A DNA stretch of 45,940 bases from Candidatus Bathyarchaeia archaeon. Lineage in GTDB: Archaea; Thermoproteota; Bathyarchaeia; TCS64. The translations under genes were made by a program, and so were the position numbers. The notes below the pieces were generated by a model. The model ran no database searches. It was not told where the DNA came from and worked only from the letters and a program-made list of their open reading frames with translations. Where the stretch lies: the NCBI GenBank assembly GCA_050014495.1, contig JBEKDF010000024.1:1-45940 (forward strand), read 5' to 3'. This document shows, piece by piece, positions 9,566 to 19,467 of the stretch (its first letter is position 1; every line of letters starts with the position of its first letter).

Positions 9566-10285
9566 TTGGGTTTCATGTCTAAAATACTCGACAATATACG
9601 CTTACGAATAAAAATATCACCAACTCAAAAAGATGAACCAATATTTCCCTACCCGGTGAACTGGGCTTTAAAACTAGAAATCGAAAATCAAGCTTGCCAA
9701 TACCTCAGTACACTAGGCATTACCGCTACGCCGACGAATTATCGCTATGTCGCAATGCCTGTTGTTAGGATTCAGGATAGAGCCCTAGACTTTATCACAT
9801 TCAACTACGGTGAACACACCCGCTCCACTCACGCTGGGCGAGATAATTTTCACAGCGAAGTAATATCCTTCCTCTATAAATGCCACTTCATAGCAAAGGC
9901 CGACCTGAGAAGTTCACACATTTGGAAACAGCTACGAACAAAGTATTCATCCGAGTGGAGTGGTGGAGAATTAGCCCAACGATTAAACTCCGATTCTAGC
10001 CTTAATGAGAAACTTCAAAAAGAGTCTCTAAAAATTACCGTGGCTCCAGATAACCTGAGGGATGAATTAGATATGTCGAGTGAATCTACAATCGAAGTGT
10101 ATAACGATCTTAGGATGGATCCTGTTGATGCCCCTTTAAATTTACTTCCGGTAACTCGTCTTCTGGACGTTAGCACGTTTGAAATCTATGATAGAATTGC
10201 TCAACACATATTGGATATCACGAGTGATGATAAGAAAAACTTCCAGACACCAGATTATAGAAAAAGATTAGTTAATAAAGTGTAA
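9566..10285 (+). CDS. hypothetical protein
   Basis: 239-aa ORF. Confidence 0.6.
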   Translation: MGFMSKILDNIRLRIKISPTQKDEPIFPYPVNWALKLEIENQACQYLSTLGITATPTNYRYVAMPVVRIQDRALDFITFNYGEHTRSTHAGRDNFHSEVISFLYKCHFIAKADLRSSHIWKQLRTKYSSEWSGGELAQRLNSDSSLNEKLQKESLKITVAPDNLRDELDMSSESTIEVYNDLRMDPVDAPLNLLPVTRLLDVSTFEIYDRIAQHILDITSDDKKNFQTPDYRKRLVNKV

Positions 10286-10321
10286 TTCAATATTATCACT
10301 CGCAAGTGAGAACATAATAAT

Positions 10322-10825
10322 ATGTGCGCACTCAGCGACGATTATTTTTTAATTAACGATATAATACGTCCGAGTCAATGGGGCAGAGTAAATATCGATC
10401 ACACCTTGCTTTGGAAGGAGGGTATCTTAGTTATCGAGACTAAGAATAATATTGGAGAGGTCAAATTTTTCTGGGATAACTGGGCTTTTGGGTTTAGTCC
10501 GGTCTACCAGGCGAAGGGTAATGTTAGATACATCCAAAATTTGATCGAGGATTCTGGGATATTACTACTAGGTTCACCAATTATCGAGGGCTTGGTTGTC
10601 TTCCCTAACGCCAAGCTGAGTTTCAAGGGTAAACCCTCTATACATGTGATGAATATTGCAGAAGTTCCATCCTATTTGAGTGGCATTAAAGGTGGAAATG
10701 AGTATTCAGAGGATTCGATTTTGAAAATTGCTAAAATGATTATGGAGAGTTCTCGGAAGTCTGACTATGATGAGGGTGGGTTCCTCGGCATTTTATGGCA
10801 GGATTTCCGAGACTTCTTTTCCTAA
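10322..10825 (+). CDS. NERD nuclease-related domain protein, probably 5'-truncated
   Basis: NIDHTLL..GILVIETKN, SPVYQA; begins at a TGTGCGCA motif without the usual N-terminal G-E segment. Confidence 0.7.
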   Translation: MCALSDDYFLINDIIRPSQWGRVNIDHTLLWKEGILVIETKNNIGEVKFFWDNWAFGFSPVYQAKGNVRYIQNLIEDSGILLLGSPIIEGLVVFPNAKLSFKGKPSIHVMNIAEVPSYLSGIKGGNEYSEDSILKIAKMIMESSRKSDYDEGGFLGILWQDFRDFFS

Positions 10826-10836
10826 AAGCGTGTGTT

Positions 10837-10864
10837 CAATAGCCTTATCATCACTTCCACCTGA
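10837..10864 (-). repeat. repeat copy 8 (inverted)
   Basis: Reverse complement TCAGGTGGAAGTGATGATAAGGCTATTG. Confidence 0.93.
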
Positions 10865-10884
10865 CTTTTACTCATGTATTATGA

Positions 10885-10962
10885 TTGGTTGATCTTGGTG
10901 AGATTTAGACAGTCTACTACATGGTGGCGGCGACGGGAGTATTAGTAGCAGCAATATACTAC
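10885..10962 (+). pseudogene. 'MVD' paralog 5' stub
   Basis: LVDLGEI*TVYYMVAATGVLVAAIYY, ending at ACGCGTGCGC; follows the inverted repeat copy. Confidence 0.75.
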
Positions 10963-11041
10963 GCGTGCGCTTCTTAGCTAGCCTTCTTAATGTTGTTTCG
11001 TCAGTATCTTTGCCTCTTTCCATTCTCCTCAGAGGGTTTTG

Positions 11042-11524
11042 TTAATACTCTTGTTTATCCCATTGTGTAGTTGTGTATGCTCTTTTGCTGTGCAAGTCTA
11101 GGTACTCTCTAGCAGACGTATCGTCTTTGGACACATATGACTCAATGAGTATTGGCGTCACTTTTACGAAGACTGATAGTTCTGGATAGTTGGAATCATA
11201 CCAATCAAACCAACCAAACTTCTTCTCCCAGATTTCCGAGAGCCTCTTATATTCTTCTCCCTGTTGCTTTCCCACTATCTCCGCTGTCCCTTCTATGCTT
11301 ACGTTGTTTAGGCATAGTGCAACCTTTGGGTTAGCTTTGATTTGGGCAAATTTCCTGAGACTGGTCAAAGTGTAGAAGATGATGGTCAGTCCTTCAGAAA
11401 CATAGGATACAGTTCTGGCCGTGACCCTATTGTTCAGAGATGTTGCCAGCACGGCATACTCGTTCTTCTCTAAGAATCTTGCCTTCTCTTCTTTTACTTC
11501 TTCAAATCTCAACTCTGTTTTCAT
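11042..11524 (-). CDS. pyridoxamine 5'-phosphate oxidase-like FMN-binding protein
   Basis: VLATS..VTARTVS..RKFAQIKANPKVAL. Confidence 0.82.
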   Translation of the reverse strand: MKTELRFEEVKEEKARFLEKNEYAVLATSLNNRVTARTVSYVSEGLTIIFYTLTSLRKFAQIKANPKVALCLNNVSIEGTAEIVGKQQGEEYKRLSEIWEKKFGWFDWYDSNYPELSVFVKVTPILIESYVSKDDTSAREYLDLHSKRAYTTTQWDKQEY

Positions 11525-11575
11525 ATTCAAAAACTCAATTCGGCTCGGCTATAACTTTTCCGCAAATGTGTGTGT

Positions 11576-11589
11576 GGATAAGACTATTG
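11576..11589 (+). repeat. repeat copy 9 (3' half only)
   Basis: GGATAAGACTATTG. Confidence 0.7.
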
Positions 11590-11650
11590 AAAGTGACTCA
11601 AGCATAAAAAACCTCTTTTACCAGTTAAGGATTAGTTTTTCCTGATAAAA

Positions 11651-12451
11651 ATGCCCTATGCTGATGTAAATGGTACAAGGCTCTTCTACGAGGTGAGAGG
11701 ATTGGGACCAGTAGTCGTGTTCCTTCACGGCTGGACGCTCGACACCACCATGTGGGATGACCAGTTCGACGAGTTCGCGAAGCACTACATGGTCCTCAGG
11801 TACGACCTCAGAGGCTACGGTAAGTCCTCACTGCCGGAGAAGGAGAGGCTCTACGCCCATCACGAGGACCTTAAGGCTCTGCTAGATCATCTGGGAATCC
11901 AGAAGGCCGCAGTCGTTGGGCTGAGCATGGGTGGCTATGTCGTCATTAACTTCGCCTTAGCATACCCCGAGAGAACCTCCGCCCTGATACCCGTTGACGC
12001 GATCATTGAGAGCCGCAGCGTCTCAAAGGAGTACACGGACTCAATGGCGCCGATATTCAGTACGGCGAAGGAGAAGGGGATTGAGCCCGCTAAACAAATT
12101 TGGCTGAACATACCTCTGTTCGAGCCAGCTCGCAAGAACCCGAAGTGCGCCGGTAAGCTTAGGGAGATTGTTGGTCGCTATAATGGTTGGAACTTCGTTA
12201 ACGACGATAATATTCTCAGGCTTAGCCCAGTCCCGGAGATGCGTCTACATGAGATCAAGGCACCGACTCTCATCGTTGTCGGCGAACTTGACATTCCTGA
12301 CTGCCTAGAGGTTGCCGATGTTCTTGAGGAGAAGATAACGGGCTCTGAGAAAGTGGTACTTAGAGGCGTGGGTCATATGTCGAATATGGAGGACCCGGTT
12401 GAGTTCAATAAGATAGTATTGGGTTTTCTTGATAGACATAGACTTACTTGA
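11651..12451 (+). CDS. alpha/beta hydrolase
   Basis: HG oxyanion, YDLRGYGKS, GLSMGG nucleophile, GELD, GH catalytic. Confidence 0.92.
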   Translation: MPYADVNGTRLFYEVRGLGPVVVFLHGWTLDTTMWDDQFDEFAKHYMVLRYDLRGYGKSSLPEKERLYAHHEDLKALLDHLGIQKAAVVGLSMGGYVVINFALAYPERTSALIPVDAIIESRSVSKEYTDSMAPIFSTAKEKGIEPAKQIWLNIPLFEPARKNPKCAGKLREIVGRYNGWNFVNDDNILRLSPVPEMRLHEIKAPTLIVVGELDIPDCLEVADVLEEKITGSEKVVLRGVGHMSNMEDPVEFNKIVLGFLDRHRLT

Positions 12452-12474
12452 GAACAGGGTTCACTGGATTAGAG

Positions 12475-12502
12475 TCAGGTGGAGATTTGGATAAGACTAT
12501 TG
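12475..12502 (+). repeat. repeat copy 10
   Basis: TCAGGTGGAGATTTGGATAAGACTATTG. Confidence 0.9.
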
Positions 12503-13096
12503 AGTTAAGGTCACCGTCTCATACCCTGGGTGCTGCTGCCTCCAAATCCCGTAAACCACATTGTAGAGATACTCAAAGTACTCGCAAACGGTGGGGGTGT
12601 TCATCAACTTTCGCAATCCCACATAGACAGGCTCATACTTTTGCCAATAACCAATTACGTGTAACGACATGAGGTCGTCCACGATTGAGGCGTCTATAAA
12701 GCCCCTCTTCACCAAGACACCTAAACCCTCGAAGAACGTGCTTACCATCGAGGACTTCCTCCATGCCTCAGGATTCACCTTCTCACCGAATTTGGCGATG
12801 TAGTCATCGAAATCCTTCCATTGTAATGACATCATTTCCTAGTATGCATTCTGGAAGTCGGGTTCCTCGAACCTCTGGTAGACGCTCATGAAGAGCTGCA
12901 CCTGCCTAGTCTCCAGGTTCTGCTGCTGAGACTTGAGGGCCAGCTCCTGAGTCTTCACGCTTGTCTCCTGAGACTTGAGCATCAGCTCCTGATTCCGTTT
13001 ACTAATTCTTATGTTCATCACATAATAGATGGCTGCAATAGTCACGCTTGCCGCTGTGACCAATACTCCAACTGTCTGTGGGTCAACTAAAACCAT
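12497..13096 (-). pseudogene. 'MVD' paralog with in-frame TAG
   Basis: ORFs 12839-13096 and 12497-12835 are in one frame, split by TAG at 12839-12841; terminal TAG lies inside repeat 12475-12502. Confidence 0.75.
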
Positions 13097-13109
13097 TCAC
13101 TGGTTACAC

Positions 13110-13137
13110 TCAGATGGAAGTGAGGATAAGACTATTG
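13110..13137 (+). repeat. repeat copy 11
   Basis: TCAGATGGAAGTGAGGATAAGACTATTG. Confidence 0.93.
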
Positions 13138-13146
13138 ACCTGTTCT

Positions 13147-15675
13147 TCAGTATACATTATGACTCTTTCTAGAAGCTATCCGAATCAAGATTACTAGGAC
13201 CAAGCCTATGAAAACAGATTCAATCGGGTAGCCATCGATTCCCGTCTGCGCCACTGGGGTCTTTTCTACCTCAAACGCAACTGATTCATTGCCGGCCATG
13301 ACTATGTGACCACCTTCCACGCCACTGGAGAACTTCATTAGTCTAGAAGTGGTTTTGCCACCATCGAGAATAACGGTGGCTGAGTCCTTCTGAACACCAT
13401 CAAGGCTGAATGCAAGATTGTAAGTGCCGGTTAAATCGCCATTATTTTCCAACGTGGCGTTCACAGTTACTTCTTCACCTTTCTTAACCAAGGCCTTTGA
13501 GATTACGAGTGACTTCACATCAATTGAAGCTGGCTTTGGCTGAGTCTTAACTGTGAAAATGCCGCTCAGTGTGCCCACATCGACTTTGTAGGATCCTGCG
13601 ATCGCTTTGGTGATGGTGAAGCTCAAGTCGGTCTGTGTTCCGCCATCAAGAGTCACCCTCTTCGACTCCTCGACTACCCCATTCATCTTCAGCTCCACGG
13701 AGTAGATGCCGGAGATCCCTCCAGTGTTCTTCACGTTAACTGAGATGGTAATGGGACTATTGACCTCTACCTGAGTCGGGTTGACTGTGAGTCTCGAGAA
13801 CTCGAACGCAGCTGGCTTACGCCCAAGCAGAAACTCACTCATCGCGGGCTGAGGTATACCATCGTTGATGAAGAGACCCATAGAGTTCACCCACGTTTGA
13901 CTTGGGTCTGAGTTGAAGCCTGGGAAGGAATCAGGGTAGAAGTAGAACCATCCGACTACGTCTTTGTTGTTGCTTGCGAAGAGAAGCTGATCACGGAGCC
14001 ATGCCGCCTGCCCCTCAGGCGTGTATGGATAATCCGGCATAGGATCGTAGGTGATGCCCTCACTACTCTCTGGATAGGCAGCGTAGCAGATTAGGGTCTT
14101 CTTACCGATTCCAGCGAGGAAGCTTATCGTCTCATTCATGTGCTGGAACCATGTATGGTTCGCGTACTGGTTTGGAGGCCAGTAAGTTGAATCCCCGTAG
14201 GGTTCTTGAACAGGGTGCGAGATCCCAGCGTAATCAAAGTCCACCCCCTCATCAACCATAGCCTGGAAGAATGCATTTTCCAAGTTCTCGGCTGAAGCAC
14301 CCCCTCCCAAGCCATAGGTGTGGAGCACGATCTTTGCATTTGGGTCAGCGCGCCGTACTCCTGCGATTCCACTTTTCAGCAGCTGTGCTTCAATATTCCA
14401 AACATTGTTCCTCATATAATCCAAATCGGTATTAGGATCGACTCCAGCTGGAAGGGAGATTCTTTCACCTGCTCGGAAGTTTAGGATGCCCGTTTCGATC
14501 TCGTTGCCGACGTCATACATCTCGATGTTGAGGCCCTTTGATTTGTAATACATCGCGGTCTCGTAGGTGTAATTCTCCAGGGCCTTCGCTGTCTCAGTTA
14601 CGCTGAGCCCCTTCCACGCTGAGGGGGCATTTTGGATGCCCGCTGTATTCGCCGCGTCACCTAGTACAAGCGTCAGATAGAGTCGGAGCCCGGCGTCCTG
14701 CGCCTCCTTTAGATTCTCCTCGGCGTATTCCTGAGAGGCCCAGTATTCGGCCTTCGGCATCAATGTGCCCCATTTCTCTACGGGGGTATCGGCTAGGTCC
14801 TGTGTATGGACGTTTGTGACCCAGATGTTCGCCCACTGCACCCCGTTTTCCTTCATGATCTGCCAAGGGTTCGTCTCCTTGTAGTAGTTGCCCCAGTTTC
14901 TACTCCAGAGATAATCGTTTACCCAGCCTCCGACCATGAAGTCTATGCGTTTCGGAAAAGTCTCCTTCCATACTAGGGGGATATAGTTTGTTTTGCCTGA
15001 GTTGATTTGGAAGTTATCGAAGATCGTGGAGAAGGTGTGGTTAGTGTAGACGCTTGTTGCACTCAGATAAATGGACGCGGGGTTCGTGATGCCGGATATG
15101 GAGTATAGGCTAACCCAGTTGGTGTCCTTGTAGTACTGGAACTCGACTTCTGAGCCGCTTCTAATGATGCGATACTTCCCCGATGTCTCTGCACTGGTGC
15201 GGTAATCGTATAGGAATCTCCGCTCTTGCCCAGCGGGAATCGAGTCGACACTCAAAAAGTTTGTTATGGGATTTGTTGGGAAAACTGTTCGCCTAATGAG
15301 CCATATTGAGCCGTCAACATTGATACCCATTTCCGCGGCGTCGAGATGAGGGTTGCCTCGATAGGATGTCATCGGGTCGGTCCATCCCATGCCCTCCCTA
15401 TAGTCGACTTGGACGTCGAAGTCGCCGGTGAACTGGAATGCGGTGCTGACTTCTCCTCTTGAGATGTCATATTTTGGGTTGCTTGTTATCGTTATGTCTG
15501 ATTCCTGAGTGATCTGAGCACCGCCATTTGTTTGTGCTTCCCATCTGGTGGGATCTAGAAGTAAAATATTTGAGGTGTCAGTTGCTGCCCTTGCAGGTAT
15601 AGTCCGTGGGATGATTCCTAAAAGGAATAAGCAAATGATAACTATAGGTTTTGCATGTTTGAGTAGCTTTTTCAT
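13147..15675 (-). CDS. secreted GH53-like endo-beta-1,4-galactanase with CARDB/Ig domains and C-terminal anchor
   Basis: Signal peptide from MKKLLK; QNAPSAWK, VGNEI, YPYTPEGQA, GWFYF; two Ig repeats; C-terminal TM plus basic tail. Confidence 0.75.
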   Translation of the reverse strand: MKKLLKHAKPIVIICLFLLGIIPRTIPARAATDTSNILLLDPTRWEAQTNGGAQITQESDITITSNPKYDISRGEVSTAFQFTGDFDVQVDYREGMGWTDPMTSYRGNPHLDAAEMGINVDGSIWLIRRTVFPTNPITNFLSVDSIPAGQERRFLYDYRTSAETSGKYRIIRSGSEVEFQYYKDTNWVSLYSISGITNPASIYLSATSVYTNHTFSTIFDNFQINSGKTNYIPLVWKETFPKRIDFMVGGWVNDYLWSRNWGNYYKETNPWQIMKENGVQWANIWVTNVHTQDLADTPVEKWGTLMPKAEYWASQEYAEENLKEAQDAGLRLYLTLVLGDAANTAGIQNAPSAWKGLSVTETAKALENYTYETAMYYKSKGLNIEMYDVGNEIETGILNFRAGERISLPAGVDPNTDLDYMRNNVWNIEAQLLKSGIAGVRRADPNAKIVLHTYGLGGGASAENLENAFFQAMVDEGVDFDYAGISHPVQEPYGDSTYWPPNQYANHTWFQHMNETISFLAGIGKKTLICYAAYPESSEGITYDPMPDYPYTPEGQAAWLRDQLLFASNNKDVVGWFYFYPDSFPGFNSDPSQTWVNSMGLFINDGIPQPAMSEFLLGRKPAAFEFSRLTVNPTQVEVNSPITISVNVKNTGGISGIYSVELKMNGVVEESKRVTLDGGTQTDLSFTITKAIAGSYKVDVGTLSGIFTVKTQPKPASIDVKSLVISKALVKKGEEVTVNATLENNGDLTGTYNLAFSLDGVQKDSATVILDGGKTTSRLMKFSSGVEGGHIVMAGNESVAFEVEKTPVAQTGIDGYPIESVFIGLVLVILIRIASRKSHNVY

Positions 15676-15719
15676 CCCAACAAACCAGGAGTCAACCAAT
15701 CAACAATCACTAGTTACAA

Positions 15720-15747
15720 TCAGGTGGAAGTGAGGATAAGGCTATTG
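15720..15747 (+). repeat. repeat copy 12
   Basis: TCAGGTGGAAGTGAGGATAAGGCTATTG. Confidence 0.95.
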
Positions 15748-15885
15748 AAATGTTACGTTGCAAAACTAAGCGCATTTCTGCTCGCTGCGTGCACGTTATA
15801 TGTGAATCATATATCTTCAGGGGTGTTTACCTCCACAAAACCTGTTGCAAAAAGAAAGCAAACTGAAATATCGAATTGTCACGAA

Positions 15886-15924
15886 TTACGATGCTAACAC
15901 TCCAATCGTCTGCGCATCAACCAT
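15886..15924 (-). pseudogene. 'MVD' paralog 5' stub
   Basis: MVDAQTIGVLAS*; DNA nearly identical to 5860-5894. Confidence 0.65.
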
Positions 15925-15955
15925 AGAATCACTGAAAATAGTTAGTGAAAAAGGA

Positions 15956-15970
15956 AGGATAAGACTATGG
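15956..15970 (+). repeat. repeat copy 13 (3' half only)
   Basis: AGGATAAGACTATGG, upstream of an MVD stub. Confidence 0.65.
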
Positions 15971-16044
15971 AGTCTATTTGTACATTGATCGCATGATTGA
16001 CTAAATGGAAAGACCATATTATATAACATAAGAAAATTATGTAA

Positions 16045-17055
16045 ATGGGTCCAGGGTTTGGGAACATTAGAACAAGCGCCAGAAACGCTGTGGAGGTTTG
16101 CATGTCGGTGACTAGAGGTGAACATATCCTCATTCTCGCTGACCGATCTACATTAGAAGTCGGACACGCCATTGCGAAGGCGGCGGAAAGGGCCACGGCG
16201 GATAACATGAAGCTCTTCGTGCTTGAGGACTATGCTGATCGTCCCGCGACCGAACTTCCGGAGGCAATAGCCAAAGAAATTCCCTGGGCAAACGTCACAT
16301 TCCTCGCCTTGGCATCCGAACCAGGCGAATTAGCCATGAGGACCCTATTCGTCAGAACGGCCCTCAAGTATGCACGACACGCACACATGCCGGGCATCAC
16401 GCGGGAACTCATGGAGAGTGGAATGTGCGCAGATTACCTGAGAATCTCCAAGTTGACGAAGAAGATCGAGGGAATCGTGAAGAATGCTCGGAGAGCGAGG
16501 GTCGTAAACCCAGGCGGTACCGATCTGGATGTGGAGTTTCACCCCTCCTGGAGATGGGTGATAGACGATGGAATTCTCCACAAGAAGGGTATGTGGGGAA
16601 ACCTACCCGCCGGAGAGATATTCACCGCAGCCAACAAGGTGAATGGGAGGATCGTCATAGACGAGCTAGGAGACTGGTTCACACCTAGGTATGGCTATCT
16701 CAAAGACACGCCAGTTACATTGATGGTAAGGGATTCGCGTGCCGATCTGTCGTCGATCAGATGCGTTAACGAGAGACTTCGTAGAGAGCTGGTCGAGTTC
16801 CTCTCAACCGACCCCTACAGCAACAAGCTCGGGGAGTTCGCAATTGGAACAAACCTTGCCCTCACCAGCTTGACGGGCAACATGCTCCAAGACGAAAAGT
16901 TTCCGTCGGTTCACTGCGCATTCGGTAATCCCCTCCGCGAGGAAACGGGGGCTGACTGGGAGTCGAAAACCCATATAGATGGACTTGTGTTGAAGTCATC
17001 GATCTGGATCGACGGCCGCAAGATCATGGATGAAGGGAAGCATCTGATAGAATAG
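16045..17055 (+). CDS. M29-family aminopeptidase
   Basis: AHMPG, GNLPAGEIF, GEFAIGTN, DEK..VHCAFG, THID. Confidence 0.88.
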   Translation: MGPGFGNIRTSARNAVEVCMSVTRGEHILILADRSTLEVGHAIAKAAERATADNMKLFVLEDYADRPATELPEAIAKEIPWANVTFLALASEPGELAMRTLFVRTALKYARHAHMPGITRELMESGMCADYLRISKLTKKIEGIVKNARRARVVNPGGTDLDVEFHPSWRWVIDDGILHKKGMWGNLPAGEIFTAANKVNGRIVIDELGDWFTPRYGYLKDTPVTLMVRDSRADLSSIRCVNERLRRELVEFLSTDPYSNKLGEFAIGTNLALTSLTGNMLQDEKFPSVHCAFGNPLREETGADWESKTHIDGLVLKSSIWIDGRKIMDEGKHLIE

Positions 17056-17084
17056 AGTGCATAATGTAGACATGGCTCTTGGTT

Positions 17085-17133
17085 AGGATCCAGCGATGTA
17101 GCTCACTGACTAGAGCAACGATAAATCAACCAT
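17085..17133 (-). pseudogene. 'MVD' paralog 5' stub
   Basis: MVDLSLL*SVSYIAG matches the start of 18449-19021. Confidence 0.6.
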
Positions 17134-17153
17134 TACAAGTTCACGAATTAGAG

Positions 17154-17181
17154 TCAGGTGGAAGTGAGGATAAGGCTATTG
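17154..17181 (+). repeat. repeat copy 14
   Basis: TCAGGTGGAAGTGAGGATAAGGCTATTG. Confidence 0.95.
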
Positions 17182-18366
17182 AGAGAGACCATCCACGTTG
17201 GTAGAGATGCTCGCAATCTGAGTACATCGCAAGCCACCCTCCCCCAGGCTGTCAACACAGCCATTACACGAGACACAGTCAGCCGTCAACCCTCCCATCC
17301 CCTTCATCCACCTATTAGGAAGATCCGGCTGCCGAATCAAAGGTCTGCACAGGGCAACGAAGTCAGCATCCCCTTCCCCCAGTATTCTCTCAATCACATC
17401 GAGGGATCTGATTCCACCGACCAGAATCAAGGGCACGTCGATGACCTTCCCTATTTCCCTCGCGTATGACAGATGATATGCCTCCTCGTCCTTAGATCTA
17501 ATACCAACTCGGCTCTCCGGGATCATAACCGGCCTCCAACCAAGCTCCTCTCTGCTCCTAGTCGCGACCTCCCACATGCACCCACTGGTTTCAACGGCTG
17601 CGAAGCCCATCCTTGAAAGCGTTCCCGCGATCCTCACTGATTCATCCAGCGTTATCCCGCCGTCGAGGAAATCGTCCACGTTCATCTTTATCAGTATGGG
17701 AAAATCCTTCCCAACGTTTTCCACGATTCTCTTGTAGATGTCTCCCACGATCCTGATCCTGTTCTCCGTGCTGCCTCCGTATTCATCCGTCCTCCTGTTT
17801 GTGTAGGGTGACAAGAACTCGCTCAGAAGATACCCGTGCGCGGCGTGGAGTTGAACAGCGTCGAACCCCGCCTCCAGAGCCCTCATCGCGGCTCTGGCAA
17901 AAGCCTCCGTCGTCTCCTCAATTTCTTCGATCGTCATCTCTCGCGGCATCTTATCCCCTATGGGTTCAAAAACGGCTGAGGGGGCGATTGTGTCTTCTAA
18001 CAGAACGGATTGACGACCACAATGATTTAGCTGAACCGCAACTCCGCACCCATCGCCGTGTTTGTGGACTATTTCCGCGATTCTTCTTAACCCTGGAATC
18101 GCATCGTCTCTGTCTATGCCCGTTTGGTGAGCCAAAATTTTACCCGTCGGCTGCACGTAGGCTGCTCCAGTGATTATCAGCCCGACTCCTCCCTCCGCTA
18201 GAGTCTCGTATATTTTCACGAGTTCGTCTGTAATGTTGCCATCTTCAGATGCCATGGCCTCAACCGTGGCGGACCTAACTAACTTATTCTTAATTCTCAT
18301 TCCGCCGATACTCTTTGGTTCAAAAACAGGGGATTTGATCCGTCCCGCCGCCTCCGACTCATTCAT
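17176..18366 (-). CDS. NADH:flavin oxidoreductase (old yellow enzyme family)
   Basis: GFDAVQLHAAHGYLLSEFLSPYTNRRTDEYGGS; TAG stop inside repeat. Confidence 0.93.
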   Translation of the reverse strand: MNESEAAGRIKSPVFEPKSIGGMRIKNKLVRSATVEAMASEDGNITDELVKIYETLAEGGVGLIITGAAYVQPTGKILAHQTGIDRDDAIPGLRRIAEIVHKHGDGCGVAVQLNHCGRQSVLLEDTIAPSAVFEPIGDKMPREMTIEEIEETTEAFARAAMRALEAGFDAVQLHAAHGYLLSEFLSPYTNRRTDEYGGSTENRIRIVGDIYKRIVENVGKDFPILIKMNVDDFLDGGITLDESVRIAGTLSRMGFAAVETSGCMWEVATRSREELGWRPVMIPESRVGIRSKDEEAYHLSYAREIGKVIDVPLILVGGIRSLDVIERILGEGDADFVALCRPLIRQPDLPNRWMKGMGGLTADCVSCNGCVDSLGEGGLRCTQIASISTNVDGLSQ

Positions 18367-18404
18367 TTTACCGCTTCCTATTCTATTTGATTTGCGTGCA
18401 CGCA

Positions 18405-18449
18405 TATTACCGTGTAGTAGGCGGCCTGAATCTCACCCAAGTCAACCAT
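18405..18449 (-). pseudogene. 'MVD' paralog 5' stub
   Basis: MVDLGEIQAAYYTV, ending at palindrome TGCGTGCACGCA (18393-18404). Confidence 0.6.
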
Positions 18450-19021
18450 CAGTCACCATCACCCTGAGATCCACGCCCAACCTCCGCTAGACTCCACTTA
18501 GGCGAGTAACCAGCAGAATGCAGCTTCATCAACTCATCATAAAGATACTCCAAATCCTCCACATACCCAGGATAGTTAGCCCTGACCCTATACTCCCTAT
18601 AATAATCGAAGAACTTCTGCCACCACATGATGACTGGGCCGCCCATCAGGTCTGCGACTATATCCGAGGAGAGGAGCCCCCTCTTGACGAGGGTTCCGAT
18701 CCCCATCATATAGGTAGTGACATTCAGCCTAGCCGCGGATAGGTTCTGGTCGCTCCGATCCCTGTTCCACTCATCGTAGTCCTTGTACTCCCTGCTCATC
18801 CCCTGCAGCCATTGCTTCCAGAACTCCGTGTCGTACCTGTTGAATACCTGCATGAATAGCTGGGCCTGTCTCGTCTCGAGGTTCTGCTGCTGAGCTTTAA
18901 GTGCTAGTTCCTGAGTCTTCCGTGTGGCCCCCATATTGTACACATAATAGACAGCGGCTACGCATACTCCCAACGCTCCAGCGATGTACGATACACTCTG
19001 TAGAAGTGCCAGATCCACCAA
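18449..19021 (-). CDS. 'MVD' paralog (DUF4760-like)
   Basis: AAVYY..ETRQAQLFM..GIGTLVKRG..WWQKF..LEYLY. Confidence 0.75.
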   Translation of the reverse strand: MVDLALLQSVSYIAGALGVCVAAVYYVYNMGATRKTQELALKAQQQNLETRQAQLFMQVFNRYDTEFWKQWLQGMSREYKDYDEWNRDRSDQNLSAARLNVTTYMMGIGTLVKRGLLSSDIVADLMGGPVIMWWQKFFDYYREYRVRANYPGYVEDLEYLYDELMKLHSAGYSPKWSLAEVGRGSQGDGD

Positions 19022-19041
19022 TCTAGTTTCACGTATTACAC

Positions 19042-19068
19042 TCAGGTGGAAGTGAGGATAAGGCTATG
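19042..19068 (+). repeat. repeat copy 15
   Basis: TCAGGTGGAAGTGAGGATAAGGCTATG. Confidence 0.95.
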
Positions 19069-19197
19069 CGTCCACACATAATTCTCTACGAATAAAAATA
19101 CAAATGTTAAATACTTAGTTATATATTATCAATACGAGATTCTTTTATTATATACTAATAATGAATCTTATAAAAATTGAAAAACTGGTGAAAATAA

Positions 19198-19467
19198 ATG
19201 AAGTACATATGCTACTGGGAATATTGTCCGGAAGATGTCGGTAAGGTTATCGAGAAATTCAAGAAAAGAAGCGACCTTAAAGTAAAGACGATATACGGTC
19301 CATGTCATGTCGGTTTAGGGACTAATGGATTCACTATCTTTGAAACAGATAGTTCTGAATATCTAGCTGACTACGCTTCCTTCTACATACCTGAACTAAC
19401 AATGAAGATTTACCCAATCAACGACTCAAGTCAGATGGTTGCGAGCTGGCAGAAGTACAACAAGTAA
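19198..19467 (+). CDS. DUF3303-like small ferredoxin-fold protein
   Basis: MKYICYWEY..GFTIFETD..MKIYP; similar to 45108-45413. Confidence 0.65.
   Translation: MKYICYWEYCPEDVGKVIEKFKKRSDLKVKTIYGPCHVGLGTNGFTIFETDSSEYLADYASFYIPELTMKIYPINDSSQMVASWQKYNK

Noticed and set aside
12839..12841. Amber read-through (pyrrolysine or recoding)
   Set aside because: In-frame TAGs here, in tnpB and in the stubs fit single transitions from TGG/CAG in decaying genes; many intact genes end in TAG.
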